DNA from: a virus | Strand: one strand, 5' to 3' | DNA: 64,000 bases | IMG/VR virus record: IMGVR_UViG_3300023180_000036 | Coordinates: 18,463 to 82,462 of that record | In this document: one piece after another, positions 40,224 through 48,738 of the stretch | Position numbering within the stretch: position 1 is the first letter of the stretch | Layout: each line of letters starts with the position of its first letter | Position numbers and translations under genes: made by a program | Notes under the pieces: model-generated | What the model was told of the DNA's origin: nothing | Seen by the model: only the letters and a program-made list of their open reading frames with translations | Databases searched by the model: none

Positions 40224-40694
40224 ACAGGCATACAAACACTTTTTCCACGTTCATCTTTTGTTGGTTTTGATCATCTATTTAATGAGTTAGAATACACAGC
40301 TAAACATTCAAAAGATCATTACCCCCCACATAATATTATTAAAACAGATGAAAACGATTATTTAATCGAGCTTGCTGTTGCAGGGTTTTCCAAAGATGAA
40401 CTAACAGTTGAAGTTAAAGATAGAACTTTAACAGTAACAGGAGAACACGAATCAAGAGGTCGTGAGTTTATACATCGTGGTATTAGCACGAAAAAGTTTA
40501 AGCGCACGTTCCGGCTGTCAGAGCACGTACACGTACACGGAGCAGATATTCAGGACGGTATTCTTGCAATAGAATTGAAGTACGTCGTTCCTGAAGAAAT
40601 GCGTCCTCGTAAAATTACAATTGGAAAATTTAACGAGGTCGAACATGACACAAGCAGTACTGGTAGCGCACAGCTACTTAACGAAAACAGCTGA
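40221..40694 (+). CDS. hsp20: small heat-shock protein (Hsp20 / IbpA family)
   Basis: VGFDHLF, YPPHNI, IELAVAGF, HRGISTKKFKRTFRL, DGILAIEL; start at ATG 40221 after AGGAG. Confidence 0.93.
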   Translation: MTGIQTLFPRSSFVGFDHLFNELEYTAKHSKDHYPPHNIIKTDENDYLIELAVAGFSKDELTVEVKDRTLTVTGEHESRGREFIHRGISTKKFKRTFRLSEHVHVHGADIQDGILAIELKYVVPEEMRPRKITIGKFNEVEHDTSSTGSAQLLNENS

Positions 40695-40872
40695 ACTGTT
40701 AATTGAGTTCTTTAAATCATTAAAACAAGCACGTAAACTAAACAAACTACAGCGCCAAACATACAACGAATTGATGGCTTTGTCTGATAAGGATTTAAAC
40801 GATATCGGAATCCATAGAGGTGATATTAGATATATCGCTTATCAGAATCAAAACCTGAAAGGGTGGGTATAA
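40645..40872 (+). CDS. DUF1127 (YjiS / CcaF1-like) small protein
   Basis: RQTYNELMALSDKDLNDIGIHRGDI; GAGG RBS before ATG 40645. Confidence 0.8.
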   Translation: MTQAVLVAHSYLTKTAELLIEFFKSLKQARKLNKLQRQTYNELMALSDKDLNDIGIHRGDIRYIAYQNQNLKGWV

Positions 40873-41072
40873 TGGTGGCACAAGTAACCCACATTTGGTG
40901 GTCACTTAGACAAGAACTGGTTTCAATGCTTTCTTCAGCGTGGAAATCATTTAACCACTTTGCATTAGTAGTTGGTCACTCACGTGCCGCAACACATTTG
41001 GCTAGAATGGGATACCATGAACAAGCCAAGAATGTTATGATGGAATTAAAGAAGCTGCAAAATAATCGCTAA
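40872..41072 (+). CDS. hypothetical small protein
   Basis: TAATG-coupled to DUF1127 gene; SRAATHLARMGYHEQAK. Confidence 0.7.
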   Translation: MVAQVTHIWWSLRQELVSMLSSAWKSFNHFALVVGHSRAATHLARMGYHEQAKNVMMELKKLQNNR

Positions 41073-41077
41073 TGTAT

Positions 41078-41085
41078 TATAAATA
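41078..41085 (+). promoter_or_regulatory. T4-type late promoter
   Basis: Intergenic TATAAATA. Confidence 0.7.
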
Positions 41086-41118
41086 AAACTTTATAATCAG
41101 AAGGCTTTAGTTAGCTCA

Positions 41119-41138
41119 GGGGGCGGGAAACCGCCCCT
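41119..41138 (+). other. GC-rich GAAA-tetraloop hairpin without U-tract
   Basis: GGGGGCGG-GAAA-CCGCCCCT followed by a CA-rich stretch. Confidence 0.75.
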
Positions 41139-41169
41139 CAGATCACACACAATCACAAGGAAAATAAAA

Positions 41170-41394
41170 ATGACAAATAAAAACCCATTTGAAATCAGAG
41201 CAGATATGCTCAAACTTGCAAAAGACTATATGGATCAACAGTATCATATGAATGTAGACTTTTGGAGACAACAGTTTGATACAAACAAAGCAACAGCTGA
41301 AGAATTTCAAAAAGCAATCCAAGAATATTATACAATGGATGATCTAATGGATAAAGCAAAAGAAATGTATTCTTTTGTTTCAAAGAAAGATTAA
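41170..41394 (+). CDS. hypothetical phage protein
   Basis: KNPFEIRADMLKLAKD...KAKEMYSFVS; AAGG RBS. Confidence 0.75.
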   Translation: MTNKNPFEIRADMLKLAKDYMDQQYHMNVDFWRQQFDTNKATAEEFQKAIQEYYTMDDLMDKAKEMYSFVSKKD

Positions 41395-41395
41395 T

Positions 41396-41548
41396 ATGAA
41401 AGGCTGGCTTAACTGGTGGCTATATTTAAGGAAAATGGGCTATCCTTTTTTCTACAGTATAGAATGGGCTTATTATAATAATAAGTACTGGCATCCAGAA
41501 GGTATTTGGCCATATGATATGAAAAAAAGACGTTTACAATCTTTCTAA
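41396..41548 (+). CDS. 50-aa aromatic-rich peptide (not in ORF track)
   Basis: MKGWLNWWLYLRKMGYPFFYSIEWAYYNNKYWHPEGIWPYDMKKRRLQSF fills the gap exactly. Confidence 0.45.
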   Translation: MKGWLNWWLYLRKMGYPFFYSIEWAYYNNKYWHPEGIWPYDMKKRRLQSF

Positions 41549-41561
41549 TTTATGATATAAT
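41532..41561 (+). promoter_or_regulatory. sigma70-type promoter of gp43
   Basis: GTTTACA-17 nt-TATAAT (TGATATAAT). Confidence 0.75.
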
Positions 41562-41585
41562 AATTCCAAACTGGAGGTTATTATT

Positions 41586-44168
41586 TTGAATTCATTCTAC
41601 ACTTCAGTGAACCGTTATGGCAATTCCATTCTTTATCGTGGATATTCACCTAACGGTTCACCTATTAATCAACGCTATAAATTTAAACCAAAATTTTGGT
41701 TACCATCTAAAAATCCAACAGAGATAAAATCCTTTGATGGTACGAATATTGCACCAGTCGAATTTGAAAAAATGAGCGATGCTAAAGAATTTCTTGAGCA
41801 ATATTCGGAAATGGAAGGTGCAAAAATATATGGCACCCGTAATTATATTCATCAGTTTATTACAGAAAAATTTCCTGATGATATTAAATTTAATCCAAAA
41901 AATACAAATGTAGTTAATTTTGATATAGAAGTTGCTTCTGATGATGGTTTCCCTACACCAGAAGCTGCAGCTTATCCTATTATATCAATTGCGCTTAAAT
42001 CTAGTAAATCTTCCATATATCAAGTATGGGGTTTAGATAATTATGATCCGTCTAAAACTGAAATTAATTTAGATGGTGGACAAATCCAATATCATCAATT
42101 TAATTCAGAAGAAGCCATGATGGTTTCGTTTCTAACATACTGGACTAAAAATTATCCAGATATTATAACTGGCTGGAATACCAGATTTTTTGACATACCG
42201 TATCTCGTTAATCGGATCAAGATTATTGGAACACAGGAAGCTGCTAATAAATTATCACCGTGGAAACTTGTTAATGAAAGAAATACCACAATCATGGGTC
42301 GACCACAGGTTAACCATGAAATTGTTGGTATTCAACAAGCCGACTATCTTGAATTATTTAAAAAGTTTGGATACTCATATGGTACTCAAGAATCGTATAG
42401 ATTAGATCATGTTGCAAATACGGTACTTGGAGAAAAGAAATTATCTTATGAAGAACATGGTAATCTTTATACTTTATATAAACAAGATCATCAAAAATTT
42501 ATTGACTATAATATTAGAGATGTACAACTAATTGATAAAATGGATGCCAAGATGGGTCTTATTAATCTGGCTATGACTATGGCATATAGGGCTGGAACTA
42601 ATTTATCTGATACTTTTGGCACGACTTCAATTTGGGAATCTATCCTTTATCGCAGATTACTTTCTAAAAATATTGTTTCTCCTATTGAACAAATAAAAAG
42701 AGTTGCTTATGAAAATAATTCTAATCCCAATGTTATTGAAGGTGGTTATGTAAAAGATCCTCAAGTAGGAGCACACGATTGGGTAGTATCTTTTGATTTA
42801 AATTCTCTGTATCCAAATATTATTGTTCAATCTAACATATCACCGGAAACTATTATTCGCAATAAAACTTGGAGATTTTTCCCTCAAGGTGTTGATCATT
42901 ATCTAAACGGAGAAGATAAAATTGATGAAGAATTTTCTGTTTGTGCTAGTGGTGTTCCTTTTTCAAGAGAAAAACAGGGTATTATTCCAGAACTTATTGT
43001 GGATTATTATTCAGAAAGAACACAAATAAAGAAGAAAATGTTAGATGCAAAATCTCAGTATGAAAAAACAAAATCTTCATATCTCGAGTCTGAGATTAAT
43101 CAGCTAGAAAATAATCAGATGGCAATTAAAATTTTGCTTAATTCTCTTTATGGTGCTCTTGCTAATAAACACTTTAAATATTTTGATAATGCTCTTGCTG
43201 AAAGCGTAACTTTAACTGGTCAGCTTTCGATCAAGTGGGCGGAAAGAGCAATAAATGAAGAAATGAATAAAATCTTAAAAACAGAAAATACCGATTATGT
43301 TATAGCAATTGATACTGATTCTGTTTATATTAATTTTGGTCCTCTTATTGAAAAATTAAATCCTAAAGATCCCGTAAAAGCCATTGATAAATTATGTAAA
43401 GACCACTTTGAAAAAATTATTGCTATGGCATATGATAAACTATTTTACAGACTTAATGGTTATACTCCAAGAATGGAAATGGGTAGAGAAGTTATTGCAG
43501 ATCGTGGAATATGGACTGCTAAAAAACGCTATATACTTAACGTACATAATAACGAAGGAGTACAATACGCAGAACCTAAACTAAAAATGATGGGTATAGA
43601 AGCAATTAAATCTTCAACACCTCAAGTTGTAAGAGATAAATTCAGAGAAATATTTAAGATTATTATTAGTAGCACAGAAACGGAAACACGTAATTATATT
43701 AATAATTTTAAATCTGAATTTAAATCTTTACCTCCAGAAGCGGTCGCTTTTCCTAGAGGTGTTTCAGATATTAATAAATTTTCACATAATAAAAATATTT
43801 ATTGTAATTCTGCCCATTCTAAAAAATGGACAGAAGGTTCTAAACAAATAGATGTAAAAACAACACCTATTCATGTTCGTGGTGCTCTTTTATATAACTA
43901 TCATGTAAAAGATAAAGCTTTAGATAAAAAGTATATTATGATACAAAACGGAGAAAAAATTAAATTTACTTATATGAAACTTCCTAATCCTATTCGTGAA
44001 AATGTTATTTCTTTTCCAGATTATTTACCTGAAGAATTAAATTTACATAAATATGTGGACTATGATATGCAATTTGAAAAAACATTTATCGAACCTCTTA
44101 ACCCTATACTTGAAGCTGTAGGGTGGTCGGTAAAAGATGTTCAAACTTTGGAGGACTTTTTTGGATGA
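41586..44168 (+). CDS. gp43: family B DNA polymerase
   Basis: FDIE exonuclease, SFDLNSLYP, KILLNSLYG, DTDS; TTG start with GGAGG RBS. Confidence 0.96.
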   Translation: MNSFYTSVNRYGNSILYRGYSPNGSPINQRYKFKPKFWLPSKNPTEIKSFDGTNIAPVEFEKMSDAKEFLEQYSEMEGAKIYGTRNYIHQFITEKFPDDIKFNPKNTNVVNFDIEVASDDGFPTPEAAAYPIISIALKSSKSSIYQVWGLDNYDPSKTEINLDGGQIQYHQFNSEEAMMVSFLTYWTKNYPDIITGWNTRFFDIPYLVNRIKIIGTQEAANKLSPWKLVNERNTTIMGRPQVNHEIVGIQQADYLELFKKFGYSYGTQESYRLDHVANTVLGEKKLSYEEHGNLYTLYKQDHQKFIDYNIRDVQLIDKMDAKMGLINLAMTMAYRAGTNLSDTFGTTSIWESILYRRLLSKNIVSPIEQIKRVAYENNSNPNVIEGGYVKDPQVGAHDWVVSFDLNSLYPNIIVQSNISPETIIRNKTWRFFPQGVDHYLNGEDKIDEEFSVCASGVPFSREKQGIIPELIVDYYSERTQIKKKMLDAKSQYEKTKSSYLESEINQLENNQMAIKILLNSLYGALANKHFKYFDNALAESVTLTGQLSIKWAERAINEEMNKILKTENTDYVIAIDTDSVYINFGPLIEKLNPKDPVKAIDKLCKDHFEKIIAMAYDKLFYRLNGYTPRMEMGREVIADRGIWTAKKRYILNVHNNEGVQYAEPKLKMMGIEAIKSSTPQVVRDKFREIFKIIISSTETETRNYINNFKSEFKSLPPEAVAFPRGVSDINKFSHNKNIYCNSAHSKKWTEGSKQIDVKTTPIHVRGALLYNYHVKDKALDKKYIMIQNGEKIKFTYMKLPNPIRENVISFPDYLPEELNLHKYVDYDMQFEKTFIEPLNPILEAVGWSVKDVQTLEDFFG

Positions 44169-44896
44169 TTAATTATGTTTTTGATGTGGATGGAACTCTT
44201 ACACCCAGTAGAATGAAAATGGATAAAGAGTTTCAAAAATTCTTTTTAGAATTTATAGAAAAAAACAACGTCTATCTTGTTACGGGTTCAGATTATATAA
44301 AAACGGTCGAACAGGTTGGTAAAGAGATATGTGAAAAAGTTATTAAATGCTATAACTGTTGCGGCAATAGTATTTGGCAGAATGGAGAAGAAATTTATAA
44401 GTCTGATTGGAAACTTTCAGAAGAAATTGTGGATTGGCTAAAAAAAGAATTAAAGAATAGTAAATTTAGTATAAGGACTGGAAATCATATAGAACAGAGA
44501 CCAGGCTTGGTAAATTTTAGTATTCTTGGTAGAAATGCTTCTTTTGAAGAAAGATTCATATATACACAATGGGACGATCAAATAGATGAAAGAATAACAA
44601 TTGCCAAAAAATTCAATCAGAGGTTTTCCTACTATAAAGCACAAGTTGCAGGAGAAACCGGAATTGATATTACTCAAATAGGAAATGATAAAAGTCAAGT
44701 TGCAAATCATATAGATGGTCCTATTGTATTTTTTGGTGATAAAATGAAAGCCGGTGGCAATGATTATCCTTTAGCATTAGAAGTTAAAATGAGACCAGAC
44801 TCTTGGAATCATGAAGTAAAAGACTGGAAAGAAACATATAAAATATTAACTAATTTATCATATAAAGGTTTACAAAAAGTCGAATATAATGTATAA
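44165..44896 (+). CDS. HAD-IIB phosphomannomutase-like enzyme
   Basis: FDVDGTLTPSR, VTGSD, FFGDK..GGNDY. Confidence 0.82.
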   Translation: MINYVFDVDGTLTPSRMKMDKEFQKFFLEFIEKNNVYLVTGSDYIKTVEQVGKEICEKVIKCYNCCGNSIWQNGEEIYKSDWKLSEEIVDWLKKELKNSKFSIRTGNHIEQRPGLVNFSILGRNASFEERFIYTQWDDQIDERITIAKKFNQRFSYYKAQVAGETGIDITQIGNDKSQVANHIDGPIVFFGDKMKAGGNDYPLALEVKMRPDSWNHEVKDWKETYKILTNLSYKGLQKVEYNV

Positions 44897-44925
44897 TACT
44901 ATTAATATTATGAAAGATAAAAACA

Positions 44926-45285
44926 ATGAGTAAAGCAGGAAAAGTGTGGGGTGTAACAGAACTTATTGAAGCGAATGGTTCTTTAGAGTTTCATCGTATT
45001 CAAATGAATAAAGGAGGTGTTTGTTCTAAACATCTTCATGAGTTTAAATGGAATGGGTTCTATGTCGAAAAAGGTGTAATGTTGGTTCGTGTCTGGCAGA
45101 AGGATTATGATCTTGTGGACGAAACTATTTTATATGAAGGAGATTATACAAAAGTCAAACCAGGTCTTTATCATCAGTTTGAATGCCTAGAGTCCGGTGT
45201 TGCTTACGAACTCTATTGGGCTGAGTTTAATCATAACGATATTGTAAGAGAAACTGTAGGGTATAATGAAAAAAATAAAAAGTAA
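44926..45285 (+). CDS. cupin-domain protein (sugar isomerase-like)
   Basis: KVWG, CSKHLH, PGLYHQF; own TTTACA/TATAAT promoter upstream. Confidence 0.7.
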   Translation: MSKAGKVWGVTELIEANGSLEFHRIQMNKGGVCSKHLHEFKWNGFYVEKGVMLVRVWQKDYDLVDETILYEGDYTKVKPGLYHQFECLESGVAYELYWAEFNHNDIVRETVGYNEKNKK

Positions 45286-45445
45286 TAGTTGGACTTTAGA
45301 AGTACAAGAAAATGGAAAAACTAAGGAACTATTTATTGAATTTCCTCCTGAAGCTCTTAGTCAAGTAGGCTGGGATGAAGGAGATACTTTACTTTGGGAA
45401 GAATTAACTGATGGTGTTTGGAGTATAACAAAGAAAGATGACTAA
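45266..45445 (+). CDS. AbrB/MazE-like small protein (not in ORF track)
   Basis: LFIEFPPEALSQVGWDEGDTLLW pattern. Confidence 0.65.
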   Translation: MKKIKSNSWTLEVQENGKTKELFIEFPPEALSQVGWDEGDTLLWEELTDGVWSITKKDD

Positions 45446-45446
45446 A

Positions 45447-45860
45447 ATGAAAATCGGTTTAACGGCTAGTACATTTGATTTACTACACGCTGGTCATATA
45501 ATGATGTTAAGAGAAGCCAAATCAAAATGTGACTGGCTTATAGCAGCACTACAAGTAGATCCTTCATTAGATAGAAAAGAAAAAAATTCTCCCATACAAA
45601 CTATAGTTGAAAGACAAGCTCAACTTGAAGCAGTAAAGTATGTAGATGAAGTCATTATTTATTGTACTGAAAATGATCTTTTAGATATTATTAATATGTA
45701 CCCAATTGATATAAGAATACTTGGTGAAGAATATAGACAAAAAGATTTTACAGGTAAGGACGAATGCCGTAATCGTGGAATTGAACTATACTTTAATAAA
45801 AGAGATCATAGATTTAGCTCAAGCGGATTAAGATCAAGAGTTTGCGAAAATCATAAATAA
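45447..45860 (+). CDS. cytidylyltransferase (TagD / RfaE-like)
   Basis: STFDLLHAGH (HxGH), RFSSS C-terminal motif. Confidence 0.85.
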   Translation: MKIGLTASTFDLLHAGHIMMLREAKSKCDWLIAALQVDPSLDRKEKNSPIQTIVERQAQLEAVKYVDEVIIYCTENDLLDIINMYPIDIRILGEEYRQKDFTGKDECRNRGIELYFNKRDHRFSSSGLRSRVCENHK

Positions 45861-45898
45861 TACTTTACATATCAGTAAAAATAGGATATAATATAAAA

Positions 45899-46192
45899 AT
45901 GAACTATGTAGAAAAAATTATTCAGTGGCATCATGATAGAAATCTTATTGAAGGTTCTACAGATAAAGACCAATATATGAAACTTATTCAAGAAATGGGT
46001 GAGCTATCGGACAGTATCTGTAAAAATAAAGACATTAGAGACGATTGTGGTGATATTATGGTTGTTCTAATTAATATTATGGAAAGAAACAATATAAGTT
46101 TTGAAGAATGTCTTGAAGTAGCCTATAATGATATTAAAGACCGTAAAGGTAGAATGGTGGATGGTGTGTTTATAAAGGAAGGTGATAATTAA
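45899..46192 (+). CDS. MazG-like nucleotide pyrophosphohydrolase
   Basis: KLIQEMGEL, DDCGD, AYNDIKDRKG. Confidence 0.82.
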   Translation: MNYVEKIIQWHHDRNLIEGSTDKDQYMKLIQEMGELSDSICKNKDIRDDCGDIMVVLINIMERNNISFEECLEVAYNDIKDRKGRMVDGVFIKEGDN

Positions 46193-47127
46193 TGCAACCA
46201 AAATACCCAATCTATATAATTTCTAAGGGTAGAGCGGACTCACGTCTTACTTCAAAAACTCTTGAAGAAATGAGAGTACCATACAGAATTGTTATTGAAG
46301 ATAGTGAATATGATGATTATGCTAAAGGTATATCACCCGAAAAAATTATAACTCTGCCTACAGATTTTAGAGAAAATCCAAAGTATGCAATTCCAGATAA
46401 CAAAGGCAGAATTGGCGGTTCTATTCCTGCACGTAACTTTGTTTGGGAACATTCTATTAATGAAGGTCATAAGCGGCATTGGATTATGGATGATAATATT
46501 AAACATTTCTATAGATTACATAAGAATAGAAAAACTAAAGTAACCTCTGGAACTATTATTAGATTATGTGAAGATTTTACCGACCGATATACTAATGTAA
46601 AAATGTCTGGTATGAATTATCAATATTTTGCTCCAGCTTCTCAGAAAAAAAAGCCATATACACTTAATACCAGAATTTATTCTTGTATTCTATTATCTAA
46701 TGATTTGAAACATCGCTGGCGTGGTAAATACAATGAAGATACAGTTCTAAGTCTTGATATTCTAAAAGATGATTGGTGTACAATTTTATTTAATGCATTC
46801 TTATGTGGTAAAATTACAACTCTTGTTATGGGCGGTGGTAATACTGATAATGTGTATGTTGACGGAGACAATCGTTTACAGTTTGCACAAGCACTTGTAG
46901 AACAACATCCAGATCTGGTTAAAGTTGTACATAGATATAATAGATGGCATCACCATGTAGATTATAGTCCGTTTAAAAAGAATAAGCTTATCTATCGTGA
47001 TGACTATGTTATTAAAGGTGGTGTAAACGAACACGGTATGAAATTACATAAATTAACTATGGAACAATATAAAAAAGCAACTACAGAATTTGGAAACGCG
47101 GAGAACCCCTACTATGAGCAAACCTAA
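46192..47127 (+). CDS. GT-A glycosyltransferase, TET/JBP-associated (TAGT) / GREB1-like
   Basis: YPIYIISKGRA, ARNFVWEHS, HWIMDDNI, RIYSCILL, WRGKYNEDT, GGNT, RWHHHVDY. Confidence 0.7.
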   Translation: MQPKYPIYIISKGRADSRLTSKTLEEMRVPYRIVIEDSEYDDYAKGISPEKIITLPTDFRENPKYAIPDNKGRIGGSIPARNFVWEHSINEGHKRHWIMDDNIKHFYRLHKNRKTKVTSGTIIRLCEDFTDRYTNVKMSGMNYQYFAPASQKKKPYTLNTRIYSCILLSNDLKHRWRGKYNEDTVLSLDILKDDWCTILFNAFLCGKITTLVMGGGNTDNVYVDGDNRLQFAQALVEQHPDLVKVVHRYNRWHHHVDYSPFKKNKLIYRDDYVIKGGVNEHGMKLHKLTMEQYKKATTEFGNAENPYYEQT

Positions 47128-47395
47128 AGGAGCTAACCTATTTGTATTAGACGGACAAGAAGATGATCTTGATCCTATGGGTTGGGATGATATGCCAGAA
47201 TTTGAACAAGAGAATAGAGAGGATTATGCTGCTCTTGTTATTAGATTTAGGACAGAGGAAGATTTAAAAGAATTTGCACAAAAGATTGGACAACCTAATC
47301 TTACTAAAAAATCACGTGGGACATTTTATCCTGCGGTAGAATTTAATGAGGCAAATCTTTTGCGTTGGATGGATGAAGAACAAATACCGAGCTGA
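47114..47395 (+). CDS. small acidic protein adjoining the TAGT-like gene
   Basis: WDDMPEFEQE...IRFRTEEDLKEFAQKIGQ; overlaps upstream stop. Confidence 0.7.
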   Translation: MSKPKGANLFVLDGQEDDLDPMGWDDMPEFEQENREDYAALVIRFRTEEDLKEFAQKIGQPNLTKKSRGTFYPAVEFNEANLLRWMDEEQIPS

Positions 47396-47397
47396 TT

Positions 47398-48336
47398 ATG
47401 CAAGTTTCTGCAACATTCTTTAAATCTATTTATGATAATAAGACTCATAAGAATATGAGTTTTTCTGATTTTTCACAGTTTGAAAAATTTTTATATAAGT
47501 TGTCAGAAAGAAAGTTAAAGGATAAAAAAGATGCTCAACTTATATCTCCAGCTTCATATATTGAAGATACAACCAGAGCAAATAAAAATGTGATAGACTG
47601 GGCTGGCTGGGCAGCTATGGATGTAGATGATCACGAGTTTAAAGGGGATTTAAAAAATGAGCTTATTCGTATATATGGTAAGTACTATTTCGTTTGCTAT
47701 AGTACTGCTAGCAGTCGAGAAAGTTTACCAAAGTTTCGTCTGGTCTTCCCACTTACAAAAAGAGTTAGATCAGATAATATCAGACATTTTTGGTACGCAC
47801 TCAACACACAACTTAAGGCTATCGGCGATGCGCAAACTAAAGATTTATCACGAATGTATTATATCCCTGGTTCGTACTCTGGCGCTTTCAACTTTATTTT
47901 TACTAACACTGGTGGTTCTTATATAGATCCAGAAGAACTGATGAGTGCTCATCCTTATCAGGAAAAGAAAACTGGAACATTCTTAGATAGATTACCAACA
48001 GAAATGCAAAAATCCATTATAGAATATCGTAAGAATAAAATGGAAAATAATAATGTCAATTGGACTAATTATGAAGATTGCCCATTTGTAAATAAGAATC
48101 TTATCAGAGATTTTAAAAATATAGCATATGTAGATAATACCGGAAGATATGCTATGGTTTATAAAATAATGGTTTCTATAGCAAGTAATGCAATTAAGAA
48201 ACAATATCCTATAAATACGTTTGAAATTGTAGAACTAATTAAACAACTTGATGCAGATACAGCAAAGAGATATGAAAATAGACCTCTTAATATAGAAGCT
48301 GATCGTGCTATAGAATATGCGTATAGAAATATTTAA
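47398..48336 (+). CDS. archaeo-eukaryotic primase (AEP / prim-pol)-like protein
   Basis: ISPA, AMDVDD (DxD), YSTASS, KFRLVFPL, KDLSRMYYIP. Confidence 0.65.
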   Translation: MQVSATFFKSIYDNKTHKNMSFSDFSQFEKFLYKLSERKLKDKKDAQLISPASYIEDTTRANKNVIDWAGWAAMDVDDHEFKGDLKNELIRIYGKYYFVCYSTASSRESLPKFRLVFPLTKRVRSDNIRHFWYALNTQLKAIGDAQTKDLSRMYYIPGSYSGAFNFIFTNTGGSYIDPEELMSAHPYQEKKTGTFLDRLPTEMQKSIIEYRKNKMENNNVNWTNYEDCPFVNKNLIRDFKNIAYVDNTGRYAMVYKIMVSIASNAIKKQYPINTFEIVELIKQLDADTAKRYENRPLNIEADRAIEYAYRNI

Positions 48337-48342
48337 AAAAAA

Positions 48343-48407
48343 TGTATTTTAGGGGTTTACAAGTGATGATTTTTAGTATATGTTGTAAGAGTAAATAGAA
48401 TCGGAGA
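48343..48407 (+). promoter_or_regulatory. early promoter cassette, near-identical to 27416-27480 (inverted)
   Basis: TGTATTTTAGGGGTTTACAA...TATGTTGTAAGAGTAAATAGAATCGGAGA. Confidence 0.85.
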
Positions 48408-48413
48408 CTTCTT

Positions 48414-48674
48414 ATGGCTTACTGGACTCACACAAATTCACCAATCGGCATTTTTACTGAAAAAGAGGTTGGCAATTGTTTTGAATACTCTATTAATGAT
48501 GATCCGATTACTTCATTTAATGAAGATTTTCCTCATAAAATCTGGGTCTGCAATGGATACCGTTACGGAACGGTAAAGAAAACCGTTGTAGTAATCTGTA
48601 TAGATGAAGACGAATACGGTCTCCCTGTGACACAAACGTGGCACATTAAAAATAATCGTATATATGCAAATTAG
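48414..48674 (+). CDS. hypothetical early protein
   Basis: Follows promoter cassette and GGAG RBS. Confidence 0.75.
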   Translation: MAYWTHTNSPIGIFTEKEVGNCFEYSINDDPITSFNEDFPHKIWVCNGYRYGTVKKTVVVICIDEDEYGLPVTQTWHIKNNRIYAN

Positions 48675-48726
48675 GGGTTTACAAACTCCTAAAAATATAG
48701 TATGTTGATTATATAAAGAGAATCGG
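48672..48726 (+). promoter_or_regulatory. early promoter cassette
   Basis: TAGGGGTTTACAA...TATGTT (17-nt spacer)...AGAATCGG. Confidence 0.8.
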
Positions 48727-48738
48727 AAAGGAACTAAA

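Noticed and set aside
40872-41169. Cuckoo/CcsR-type sRNAs expected after a DUF1127 gene
   Set aside because: No CCTCCTCCC loop motifs seen; only the single GC hairpin reported above
41586-44168. Intein or group I intron in gp43 (also considered for gp17, gp41, uvsW)
   Set aside because: Lengths are typical, frames are continuous and no splicing motifs were seen
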